A stretch of DNA of 64,000 bases from the human T2T-CHM13v2.0 reference genome, Homo sapiens. The translations under genes and the position numbers were made by a program. This document shows positions 15,571-27,420 of the stretch, piece by piece (position 1 is the stretch's first letter; each line of letters opens with the position of its first letter). A model generated the notes under the pieces. It was not told the DNA's origin, searched no databases, and saw only the letters and a list, made by a program, of their open reading frames with translations. The stretch lies in NCBI RefSeq assembly GCF_009914755.1, contig NC_060927.1, one strand, 5' to 3'.

Positions 15571-16077
15571 ATTACTCTTTCTCCATTTTTGTCTTTTAGT
15601 TTTGCTAAAGATGTGCAGTTTGGGACTTGGGCTCCAAACAGGCAACTTGTAGAACAAAGGGACAAGAGGGAGTCAGGTTATTAGAGCATGATTAAAATCT
15701 TGAAAACTGGATGAGGCTGATGGAAAATCAAGACAGGTCAGTGGATTAGTGATCTTTGAAGTTAGAGTAGTCATAGTAGAGTAGTTGAATAGTTATCTCG
15801 AAAGATAGGAGAGTGGGGTGTCTGAATTAGTAATTTCATAATTGGGTCAGTTTTGGTGATAATAAGATAAAAAACTGAGGAAGCAGATGACCCAGGTAGA
15901 GTGGAGGACGGGGTCTTTAGAGATGGCATCAGTGAACTCAGGCAGGGATTGTCTCTGTGATTGTTAAAGTTTCTTGGGATAAGGCAAGATGACTTGGAAA
16001 GCAAGACTTAATGAACAACAAAGAGAGAGAGAAAGTATAATATTAAAGCTGGATGGCATGAGTTTGAAGGGAAATGA

Positions 16078-17266
16078 CTTTTTTTTTCTTTTTAGAGACA
16101 GATTCTCTGTCACCCAGACTGGAGTGTAGTGGCATGATTGTAGCTCACTTGCAGCTCAAACTCCTGAGCTCAAGCAGTCCTCCTGCCCAAGCCTCTCTAG
16201 TAGCTGGAACTACAGGCATGTGCCACCATGCCTGGTTGTGGGCGAAAGATTACCTAGGTGCCGAGGCAAGAGACTGAAGGCACAAACTGTTTCAGTATAA
16301 TAAAGAAAATAGAATAAGAATAGTCATAATACAAATTAGATATAGAGATGATCATGGACAATTATCAATCATTATTATAAACATTATTAATCATTAGCTT
16401 TTAATATTACTCTTTGTTGCATTACTAATATAACTTAGGAATAACCAGTGGGTATAGGGTCAGGTGCTGAAGGGACATTGTGAGAAGTGACCTAGAAGGC
16501 AAGAGGTGAGCCCTCTGTCACACCCGCATAAGGGCCACTTGAGGGCTCCTTGGTAAGCGGTAATGTCAGTGTCTGGGAAGACACCCATTACTTAGCAGAC
16601 CACGAAAGGGAGTCTCCTTTCCTTGGAGGAGTCAGGGAACACTCTTTTCCACCAGCTTCTTGTAGAAGGCTGGATATTATCCAGGCCTGCCTGCAGTCAT
16701 CCGGAGGCCTAAACCCCTCCCCGTGGTGCTGTGCTTCAGTGGTCACGCTCCTTGTCCACTTCCGTGTTCCTCCCGTACCCCTGGTTCCTCTTTGAAGTTC
16801 GTAGTAGATAGCGGTAGAAGGAATAGTGAAAGTCTTGAAGTCTTTGATCTTTCTTATAAGTGCGTAGAAGAAAACGCTGACGTATGCTACTGTCTCTCTC
16901 TGCTTCGGCTACCTAAAAGGGAAGGGCCCCCTGTCCTATGATCACGGGACTTGCTTCACCTTATCACTTAGAAGATTCACCCTCCTTACCCTGCCCCCCT
17001 TGTCTTGTATGCAATAAATATCAGCGCGCCCAGCCGTTCCGGGCCACTACTGGTCTCCGTGTCTTGATGGTAGTGGTCCCCCGGGCCCAGCTGTTTTCTC
17101 TTTATCTCTTTGTCTTGTGTCTTTATTTATTACAGCCTCTCTTCTCCGCACACAGGGAGAACACCCGCTAAGCCCCATAGGGCTGGACCCTACACCTGGT
17201 TAATTTAAAAAAAATTTTTTTTGTAGAGATTGGGTCTTCTTATGTTGCCCAGACTAGTCTTGGACT
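16078..17266 (-). mobile_element. AluJ split by an LTR (16078-16236 and 17195-17266), 5' end missing
   Basis: Alu sequence resumes exactly after the LTR. Confidence 0.85.
16237..17194 (+). mobile_element. Solo LTR, LTR13A-like (ERVK/class II), 958 bp
   Basis: TGTGGG...CCCTACA termini, perfect 6-bp TSD CCTGGT (16231-16236 and 17195-17200), AATAAA at 17013; the start matches LTR13A as I recall it. Confidence 0.88.
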
Positions 17267-19055
17267 CTTATAGACTCATAGTGGTACCACCTTGGTGGTC
17301 TTGGATAAGATCCTGGGGAATTCTCTGATTACCAGGCAGAGACTCTTTTTCTCTTTCCTTACTTTCTCCTGAGCAAATGGAGTCTCTCTGTCTCTGGGCG
17401 GAGCTGTCTGGAGCTGGGGGTGGGATGACACAAGCACCCCTGTGGCTACCAGCACTGGGACTGTCCTGGATCAGACTTGAAGACATCACAGCACTGAGTC
17501 TTCCCCAGGGCCCATGGTAACCACTACCCAGCTATTGCCTGTGTTGTTCAAGGTCCTAGGGCTCTGCAATCAGCAGATGGCAAAGCCAGCCAGGCCTGTG
17601 TTCCTCCTTTCATGGCAGTCATTTTACCCCACCCTGGGTGGGTGCAGAGATGCCATCAGAGAGCCAGGGCCTGGAGTCGGAAACCTTAGGAATCTACCTG
17701 GTCCTCTAGTCTACTGCAGCTAAGCTGGCATCCAAACCACAAGACAGGGTCCTTCCCACTCTTCCCCCCCCTTTCCACAAGTAGAGGAGTCTCTCCCCGT
17801 GGCCACCACTGCCCCAAGCTCATGGCAGGTACTGCCTGGCTACCCCCAGTGTTCAGCTGGGGCCCAAGGGCTCTTCAGTCAGCTTGGGGTGAATGCTGCC
17901 AGTCCTAGGACTCTCCCTTCAGGGCAGCTGGCTGTCCTCTGGCCCAGGGCACGTCCAGAAATGCCATCCAAGAGCCAAGGCCTGGAATTGGGGACCCCAA
18001 GCGCCTGCTTGGTGCTCTACCCAACCGTGGTCCAGCTGGTAACTAAGCTGCAAGACAAAGTCCCCTTTACTTTTCCCTCTTCTCAAACAGAAGGAGTCCC
18101 TCCCTGTAGCCACCATAGCTTGGAATGTGCTGGGTCACACCTGAAGCCAGCACGTCTCTGAGTCTCACCTAAGGTCCACAGCAAGTACAGCTTGGCTGCC
18201 ACTGCCAATTATGCAGGGACCAAAGGCTCCTTAGTTAGCAGATGATGAATCCTACCAGAACTAGGTCCTTTTCTTTAAGGCAATGAGTTCCCTTCTGGCC
18301 CAGGGTGTGTCTAGAAATGTCATCTAGGAGCTAGACTCCGCCTGGTACCCTGTTCCACTGTGGCTGAGCTGATATTCAAGTTGCAAAACAAAGTCCTCTA
18401 CTCTTCCCTCTCCTCTCTTCAAGCAGAAGAAAGGAATCTCTCCCAGAGCTGCAAGCTGTGCTGCCTGGGGTGGGGGGAAGGGGTGGCACAAGCAGTCCCT
18501 TGGCTGCCCCATTGGTGTCTCACTGGGTTGTGTGCTCTGCAAGTCTACTGGCTCCAAGTCCAGTACAGCACCAGAACTTGCCCAGGAATTGCATTCTTTG
18601 TAGCCTTGACTGCCTTGCAAATTTATTTAGGACCCCAGAGCACTTTAGCCTGCAGAGGCACGGCTTGACAGAACTCAGGTTCTGACTGCTGAGATGGGCA
18701 ATTCCCCCTGGCTAGAGCTGGTCTAAGTGCTTCCTCCATGGGTGCTGGCTGCGTTCTGCCTGGTGTTGCGTTCTGCTGTGGCAGAGCAGCACTGAGTTCC
18801 AATGCAAGCACAGATTCTCTCTCTGTGCCCTGCAGCTACTTCTGGGAAATGGGGAAGGGGTGGCATTGACAATTCAAGACTGTCTTTCCTATCACCATTA
18901 GTGTCTCTAACAGTGATGTGAAGTTGAAATCAGGTACTGTGATCACTCACCTGAGTTTTGGTTCTTATGAAGGTGCTTTTTCATGTAGGTAGTTGTTCAG
19001 TTTGGTGTTTCTGTGGGGAAGATGATCAGTGGAGGGTTCTGTTTGGCTATCTTCC
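17267..19055 (-). mobile_element. L1 (L1MA/L1PB-age) 5' UTR with ~320-bp internal tandem subunits
   Basis: GC-rich; repeated agctg...caagacaaagtcc...ttccctct units near 17718, 18031 and 18363; L1 5'-terminus motif near 19050. Confidence 0.75.
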
Positions 19056-20509
19056 ATTGGATCTTTCTGTGGGTTTAGAAATGAACATTTTCTAAGTTCA
19101 GTTTCTGTTTTCCAGTTTGCCTGGGTTTCATTTTTGGATAGGCCCTTTTGTCTCCTATGCTCATGTGCACATCCTCAGGGTTGGCCAGGAGTGTGTGAAT
19201 AGCAGGGGCCTCTTTGTCTCCACTGTGTACCTTTGGCCAAGAATATGTTCGTCTCTATCTAGACTGCTACAACAGGCTAGTAGAGCCACTGATGACCTTC
19301 TCCTGCTGGTCCGCCTTCAGAATGTCACTTTAGTTGACAGTGTCACTGGGTGTAGGTGTTGCCTACCATGTCCAATCAAAGGAGCCTCTTTTAACTGTGG
19401 CAGAGAAGCTGCCAGTCATCGTGGTCTGTCTGCCTTAGAACCTCCATGCTGACTGAGCTGGGGCCAGAAAGTGATGGGGCTAGTCCCAGAGCAGAACCCC
19501 ATAGAGTCTCAGTGTTCTTACCTGAAGTGCAGCTGTTTTTCAAGCATAAAAGGTTTCTCAGGTTGATTTCCAGAGCACTGAAATGGTTGTTTTGTCATAT
19601 TTGTCCAGCTTTAAGATTGCTTTTTAAGGGGGAAGATTTATCTATTTCTTCACTCAGCTGTAGCTGGAAGACCCCACTCTTCATGTGCATTTGGTTGCCT
19701 TGAGATTATCGTAAGAAATAAATACATTTTTGTTCTATCTAAAGAAATTCCTAAAGTAAATCTCTAAAGAAAAAAAGTTATTATATTTTGTATTCTTAAA
19801 ATTAATTTTGACACAAGAAACTTTGTATATTGTCACATGCATGGGTAATATGTTACTATTATTAATCTTACTTTGCTGGTGAAAAAAAGAGGCTTTATTA
19901 GGGGATTTGCTCAAGCTTATACAATGGGTCTAGAGTTTTTCAGTGGCTTATAAGCTAACTTTGAGGGCAATTCTGAATGAGAATTCCCAGGACATTTTTA
20001 ACAATGACATTATGTCAAGGTAATGCTTTTGAAATGGCAGCATTTTAGGCCACTTTTAAAAAGGATGTTACTCACTTAGTTAAGTGAGAGTTGATACATT
20101 ATGCAAAGTAGATGTTATAGTCATACAAAATAAAGCAGAAACTGAATTTCTTTGTGCCTGAAATTGATATGAATCCACTTATTGCATTCTTAAAAAAAAA
20201 AAAAAAAGAGACAATGACCCTAAATGTATACTTCAGTGGATGTTTTGGGTTAATTTTGCTATTCGCTATAGAAACTCTAGATATGTAAAGGTTTAGGAAA
20301 AAGAAGATACTTTCATCGGTGTTCTGAAGTAAAAACTTTGACTTGAAAAAATAGATATATGGATATGCTAAGTAAAAGAGGACAACACAATATATTTAAA
20401 ATTAATCTCAGTGGCAGACTAAAATTCTATTGAGTTAGCAACCAAAAAAATGTAACTGATATTAAGTCGATGGATACTCAGCTTCATTGATTAGCACAGT
20501 CTTTCTTAG

Positions 20510-20720
20510 CAGGCTTTAGAAGCAGACTGCCTAGATTCAGATCCCAGCTCTGTCACTAATTGGGTGACCTCTGGCAAGTTATTTAATCTCTCTTTTGCCT
20601 TATTTTCTCATGTATAACATAGGGATGAGATAGTATCTATCTCATAAAGTAGTTGTGAAGATTAAATGAGGTAATATTTGCAATGCACTTAGAATAGTAT
20701 TTAGCACACAAGAATCAGTG
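20510..20720 (+). mobile_element. MIR
   Basis: Core cccagctctgtcacta..gtgacct..ggcaagttatttaatctctct...gttgtgaagattaaatgag. Confidence 0.8.
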
Positions 20721-20747
20721 AACGGTCATTGTCATTATTTTGTACAC

Positions 20748-20953
20748 CAGAGGCTGACAAACCTTTTCTGTAAAGGGCCAGATAGCAAATATTTTAGACT
20801 TTGTGGGTGAGATGTTCTCTGTCACCACTACTTTGTTTTTCTTGTATGAAAGCAGCTATAGACAATCTGTAGCTGAATAGGCATGGTTGCATCTTTTACA
20901 GAAACAGGCAATGGACTGGATTCAGTTTGTGGACTGTAGTTTGCCAATCTCTG
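20748..20953. mobile_element. MER58A-like hAT MITE
   Basis: caaaccttttctgtaaagggccagatag...gtagtttgccaatctctg. Confidence 0.75.
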
Positions 20954-21185
20954 ATTTACAGGGCTGTAGAAGATAATTTTGTTTTTCTTTCACATAATAG
21001 TCTGGGCATAAATGACATCAGTCCAGTATGATGACTCCATGGAGTCAGGGACTCAGGCTCTGATTTTATTGCTGTACCAGCTCTAAGTTCTTGCTTCATG
21101 GCCCAAGTTGATTTCCACCACATCCACATTTCAGCGGAAGGAAGGAAGGAAAGGGGAAATAGAGGTTATGCCATTTCCTATTAGC

Positions 21186-21388
21186 AGTGGTTCTCAGGAC
21201 ATTTAGCAATACCTGGAGCCATTTTTGGTTGTCACAACAGGGGCTGGAGTTGGGGAGTGGAATGTGCTACTGACATGTAATGGGTGGAGGCCAGGGATGC
21301 TGCTAAATTTATCCTATCATGTCCAGGAAGCCCCTTACAACAGAATTACCCAGCCCAAATATCAGTAGTGCTGGGACAAGAACACCTA
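21186..21388. mobile_element. MER20 (hAT) within an MLT1 LTR fragment (~20965-21530)
   Basis: cagtggttctca..tttttggttgtcacaac..gaggccagggatgctgctaaa. Confidence 0.75.
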
Positions 21389-21544
21389 TGTTAAGGGAAC
21401 AACTAGGAAGTTGTAGAAACCACTTTTGTTCGCATCACAGTGGCTAGAACTTTAGTCACATGGTTATATCTAGCCTGCATGGAAGGCTGTGAAATGTTGC
21501 CTTTCTTCGGGATGGTCATGTCCCCAGTAAAAATTTCTTGCTTG

Positions 21545-21665
21545 CTTTCTTTGCTTTCTTCTCCTTCCCTCCCCACCCCCGTCCTTCCTCCCTCCCCCCT
21601 CCCCCTCCCCTCCCCTCCCCTCCCTTTCCTTCCTTCCTTCCTTCCTTCCTTCCTTTCTTCCTTCC
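21545..21665. repeat. Polypyrimidine low-complexity tract (CTCCC)n/(CCTT)n
   Basis: Directly visible. Confidence 0.95.
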
Positions 21666-21993
21666 ATCCAGACATTGAGGGCCAATTAGTAGTCTGTGGC
21701 ACTTTTTTCCCACAAGATTATTTGATGAACATGGAATCAGAACTGAGGTAATTAATTGAATTATGTTAATTGCTAATATCAAGGTATGCATACATACAAT
21801 TATCATAATACAGAGGACTAGAATTTTCAGTTTTTCAGTACATTTTTTCTACTTAACAGTGCCGGAAAAATATTCACAAATGTTTCCTCTTTGGCCGTAC
21901 CCCATTTTTAGCGATTTGTTAACATGTTAACCAGGTATAGGAACAATTGATTAGGTACAGTTTTAGATGGAAATTCATATTGTTTTAAGAGTA

Positions 21994-22099
21994 CAGATGC
22001 TTCTCGACTTAGGATGGGTTTATTGGGACACAACTCCATTGCAAGTAGAAAATATCATTAAGTCAAAACTGAACGATCATAAATTGGGGACCCTCGGTG
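21994..22099. mobile_element. Tigger4/Zombi-like internally deleted element
   Basis: TA then cagatgcttctcgactta... and a degenerate ...aaattggggaccctcggtg end. Confidence 0.55.
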
Positions 22100-22313
22100 T
22101 TTCCAAGATTCCTTAGAGTTTATACATTATTCATTAGAGTCAGTTGTTCTCATTCATCCTCATAAAAAGAAGTTTCTTTTTCTTTGTAAGACTGAAGCAG
22201 GTTAGAAAATTTAGGCAACTAGAAATACTCATTTTTTCCTAGAGTGGAATGGTTCTGTAGATGACTGATTTTTACCTATCATGTATGGAGTTTTTAAAAA
22301 TGCTGATATTCTA

Positions 22314-22749
<436 letters not shown>

Positions 22750-22914
22750 TTACTCATTGAAACCTCAGCTTTACAATTTGTAGTAGTCTGATTTTTTTTT
22801 TCTTTTGTTAGTTACTTTTCTGGGTCTTTGCTTTCCTATTTGCTCAAGGATTAGGGTTAAATAGTTGATTTTTAAGATTACATCTTTTTGTGTCTTTCTT
22901 TTTCAGCCTTATTT

Positions 22915-23238
22915 GGTTATTGATTGATTGATTGACAGGGGCTCACTCTGTCACTCAGGCTGGAGTGCAACAGCATGAACACGGCTCACTGCAGCCTTGA
23001 CCTCTTGGGCTCAAGTAATTCTCCTGCCTCAGACTCCCAAATAGCTGGCCCACAGGTGCTCACTACTATGCCTGGCTATTTTTTTTTTTATTTTTATAGA
23101 GACAGGGTCCTACACTTTGGCATTGGGACCTTTTTAAAAGTTCCCCCAGGTAATTCTAATGTTGCCTAGGCTGGTCTCGAACTCCTGGGTTCAAGCAATC
23201 CTTCTGCCTCGGCCTTCCAAAGTGCTGGAATTACAGGC
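22915..23238 (-). mobile_element. AluJ carrying a ~44-bp non-Alu insert (23117-23160)
   Basis: Alu consensus interrupted between gacagggtcctacac and gttgcctaggctgg. Confidence 0.88.
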
Positions 23239-23328
23239 ATGAGCTGCCACGTCCGGCCTCTTCTTTGGTTTCAATTGAGCATTTCATATGATTCCATTTC
23301 GTTTCCTCTCTTAGGATATCAATTATAC

Positions 23329-23617
23329 TTTTTTTTTTTTTTTTTTTGAGACGGAGTCTCGCTCTGTCGCCCAGGCTGGAGTGCAGTGGCGCAATCTCGG
23401 CTCACTGTAAGTTCTGCCTCCTGGGTTCATGCGTCAGCCTCCCGAGTAGCTGGGACTACAGGCGCCTGCCACTACGCCTGGCTAATTTTTTGTATTTTTG
23501 GTAGAGACGGGGTTTCACCCGTTAGCCAGGATGGTCTCAATCTCCTGACCTCGTGATCCACCCGCCTCAGCCTCCCAAAGTGCTGGGATTACAGGCGTGA
23601 GCCACCGTGCCCCGGCC
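23329..23617 (-). mobile_element. AluY, CpG-rich, small internal deletion, no TSD
   Basis: gttagccaggatggtctc diagnostic; flanks differ. Confidence 0.9.
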
Positions 23618-24530
23618 AAGAAGTTCTTTTAACATTTCTTGCAAGGCAGGTCTGCTCACTGCAAAGTCCCTCAGTTTTTATTTGTCTGAGAGAAGTACTT
23701 CTTTACTTTTGAAGGATAATTTTGCTGGATACAGGATTCTAGGTTGGTTTTTTTTTTTTCCTCTTGACACTTTAAACAGTTCACTCCACTCTGCTTGATT
23801 GCATGGTTTCTGAGATGTGGGATGTTAATTCATACCTTTGTTCCTCTATAGGTAAGGTGTTCTTTTTCCTCTGACATCTATCAATATTTTTGTCTCCCTT
23901 ACCCAGCTCAGTCTTTTTAGTGAGCCTGTGCTCCTGGGCTATCAACTGCACAAGTGCTTCTCAGTTCCCCCCCAAGGTGAGACAGGAAGGCTTGATGGGA
24001 CTGAGACTGGGTATTTCCCTTCCCGTAGATGGGTTAGGTTCTGGTAAAACCAAGGTGGTTAAGCTCTGATAAAATAGTTTCCCTTGAGGGTAGGTTTTTG
24101 TTTAGGAGAATAGAATGCTTAGGGCATATTTCAAATTGGTTACTTTTTTCTTCCTCCTGTGGGAAATTAGGGGAATTTTCTCCTGTCTATACCCCGAGAA
24201 TCTCATGGGGCTGTAGGAGGTAAAGCTCATCCAGCTCATCCAAGTGTATGAGTCTCCCTTAGACTGGGTCTGCTTGGGGTTTTTAACTCTCAAGCTGTTC
24301 CACACTGAGCCTCCAGACATTTGTCAACTACAATTTAAGTTTTTATACCCCAGTACTGACTCCAGCAATAGTCTTCTGCTGCTGGGCATCTGCTCCATTA
24401 AACTGTAATTCTATCTTCCTGTCTACATTTTTGGAGGCAGGTGTTTGCCCTGTGACCTCAGTCTCTGATGGATCTAAGAAGAGTTGTTGATTTTCAGACT
24501 TTTTTCCTGTTGTGAAGACAGAAGTGACAA
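23618..24530 (-). mobile_element. Old L1 (L1M) ORF1/5' region fragment
   Basis: ttttgaaggataattttgctggatacaggattctaggttgg and related antisense L1 motifs. Confidence 0.7.
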
Positions 24531-24639
24531 GCTCATTACATATTGAACTGGATAAGATTAAATCTTAAAATTCTTTTACCTTCTGATGTCCAAAGCTTTT
24601 CCTGTATAGGTGATCTCTTGATGTCCTGTTTATTAACAA

Positions 24640-25045
24640 GATAGTGGCCCTGATTTGCACTATTATTACATCTTTGCCAGCAGGGGTAGTTGATAGATGC
24701 AACAAAATTCAAAGGCCTGCTTGCCAAATAAACTTTCATGGGACTATTTGGGCAGATTCACAATGTTTAGTCCCTTTGACAGTTGAGGAAAAACTGCTGT
24801 CTCTTTGACCCTCTGCTACCCTCACCACACCACCAAAAAGGAGGCCTAGCACTATTTGGGCTCGTTGGGCATTAGACAGTATGTACCTCACTTGGGCATT
24901 CTGTCTGGTCCTTCATATCAGCTAACCTGCAAATCAGCATCCTTTGAGCGGGACTCTAAGTATCAGGTTGCATTGGAACCTGTCCAGCTCTCTGTGGCAC
25001 GGTCCCAGGAACCCCTATAACCCTAATGACTCCTTTGAACACTGT
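24640..25045 (+). mobile_element. ERVL-class pol (RT thumb/connection) relic
   Basis: 24829-24987 translates TTKKEA*HYLGSLGIRQYVPHLGILSGPSYQLTCKSASFERDSKYQVALEPVQ, resembling ERV-L PTTKKEAQ..GFWRQHIPHLG..TRKAASFEW. Confidence 0.75.
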
Positions 25046-25694
25046 GATAGATGTTATAGGTACATACAGGTTCAGGATTGTTATTTTCCTGGTGAATTAT
25101 TCCTTTTGTTCCTATAAAATGACTTTTTTACTCCTATAAAGTGACCTTTTTACTCCTAGAAATGTTTTTGTTTTAAAGATAGATCTTATTTGTTGTAAAG
25201 ACAATTAGGTCTTAAATGTTTTATAAAGATAATTAAGATCTTATTTTAATATAGCTATCCTGTCTAACCTTTGGTAAGCATATCTTTCATTGTGGCCTAG
25301 TCTTTCAAGGGTCTTGGTTTTATTTAGGGAGTTTTAGTTTTAGCTCCTAACCTTATATCAGCCCAGTGCCATGTTTTCTATTACCTGTGGATTTGAAAAC
25401 CTGAGCCCCCTAGCCATTTGGCCAGTTTCCCTCTTCTGTCTCCCAGGTCTTCTTACCTACTGCTCTGCCTCTTAAGTGTCTCTTTCATTTCTGAACCTTG
25501 AGAATTTTTTCCTTACTTTGCATCTAGCTGTGTGGTATTTTCCCCCTAATTTATCCAGCATCTCTTTGTGTTTGTAGCAAGGGAAGGGTGTGTTTTGGGT
25601 CAAGGGCCTGTATAGTAGTGATGAAAGTTTGTTTTCCAACGCAGCATTCGCCATTTAGCTGGAATGGGAATTCTCTGACACTTTAAATCGTAGA

Positions 25695-25860
25695 CTTTCA
25701 GCCTGGGCTGCATATTGGAATATGGGAAGCTTTAAGAAGTTTTGATACCTGGGTCCACTGTCAGAAATTTATTTAATTGGTTTGGAATGAGGCCTTGGCA
25801 TTGGGACTTTTAAAAGTTCCCTGGGTAATTCTAATATGCAGCCAAGTCTGAGACTATTAC
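25695..25860. mobile_element. MER5-family hAT element
   Basis: ...aaaagttccctgggtaattctaatatgcagccaagtctgagact. Confidence 0.75.
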
Positions 25861-26899
25861 TTAGACTTTAGCAGTAACCAGCTCTGTAATACACTGAGAC
25901 CTAGGCTTAGGAGAAAGTTGTTTCATTGGGAAGCAGAGGCAGATATTTTTAGGATGTCTTGCTACTTCTCGTATCTTCAAAGTCCATTTGTGATTTCAAG
26001 TGGATTTGTATGTCAGCCTAGTGGATTAGGTAAAGTAATTTTCCTCTGTCTCTACTGTGTTTCCTCTTTGACTTCTAGGATTTAGAGGTTTTGAGTAGGA
26101 TGAATGGGTCTCTAAATCAGACTTTTCTCTCTGTATCTACCCAAATATTTTTCCCATTAGAGAGGCTGGCTGTGACAGAAATGTTGGATATTTTGTCAGT
26201 TTAAGATATTTAAATGTAGTGTATTTACAGCTTTGGTTTTGATTCATTGCTTTTCTTGACCTTTTTCAAGTTTTCCATAAATGGTGCCTATTGATGAGTA
26301 ATAAAAATGTTATGGGCAGAAACTTGTGTTCTGTATTAATGAAAAGTCAAGCGTGTCTGTGATATTCTTTTTAATTTTAGAAGGAGTGTGTAACTTTGGG
26401 GCAACAGTGACATGTGAGAAATGACATTAAGCAGTAAAAAACAAAACTCTTCTTGCTACTTAAGAGTGGATAGAGGATTTAGCTTTTGGAGCTGCTGACT
26501 TGCTTGATATTCTTTGTGGCAGAGTAAAAAAGTTCTTTAACTGGGGACTATATTGATTTCCAGATATTTAGTTACAAATCTTTTCCTTGAAAGGTTTGTT
26601 GTCCTGTTTGAGGGCAGACTGTGGTGTTTTTTATTGTCCAGTGAATTGTGCTATTCTGCTTTTACTCCTGGAAGCTATTCTACAGATTGTACTTTTGGTT
26701 TCAAAAGGGAAACATGGATTGATTATCTGGGGCATTGATCAGGAAAAGTAGTCACTCAAAGTGCAGGCTCTGCTGAGAATGGATTATTGTCTCTTCACTT
26801 ATGAAAGACTAAAACTTATAAAACAGGATTTGAGTGAGTAATATGTATATATGGCTTTAAAAATTCAAACAGCACAAAATGGTGTATGGTACAAAATAA

Positions 26900-27420
26900 G
26901 TCTTCTCAGCATCACTGATGTTAAATTATTTGATAGTATGTCTTTCCTGTGATGTCATGAAAATGGCACCTTACTTTTATGGTTTTCCTTACAAAATCCC
27001 CTGACACCAATCTAACCATGAAAAAAACATTGTATACATTCCAGTAGAGTGGCATTCTACAAAATGCTTGACCATTACTCCTCAAAACTGTCAAGATTCT
27101 CAAAAACAAAGAAAACGTGAAAAACTGTCACAACCAAAAGGAGCCTAAGGAGACATTGCAGCTGAATATAGTATAATATGGTATCCTGGGCAGGATCCTG
27201 GGACTGAAAAAGGACATTAGTTAAAAAGTAAAGAAATCTGAATAAACTGTGGACTTTATCTAATCATGATATGTGAATACTGGTTCATTTATTGTAGCAA
27301 AAGTACTGAACTAATATAAGATGTTAATAATAGGGGAAACTAAGTGTGAGGTGTGTAGGAACTCCTGTGCACTAACTTCTCAACTTTTACGTAAATCTGA
27401 AACTGTCCTAAAACATAAAC
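26900..27420 (+). mobile_element. L1MC 3' end
   Basis: ggatcctgggactgaaaaaggacattag...tgtaggaactcctgtgcact..taaatctgaaactg. Confidence 0.75.

Noticed and set aside
17268-19703. Dense overlapping ORFs in GC-rich sequence, suggesting a nested gene
   Set aside because: L1 5' UTR; stop-poor because of its composition
21403-21806. R/G/E-rich and P/S-rich ORFs
   Set aside because: Translation of the simple-repeat tract
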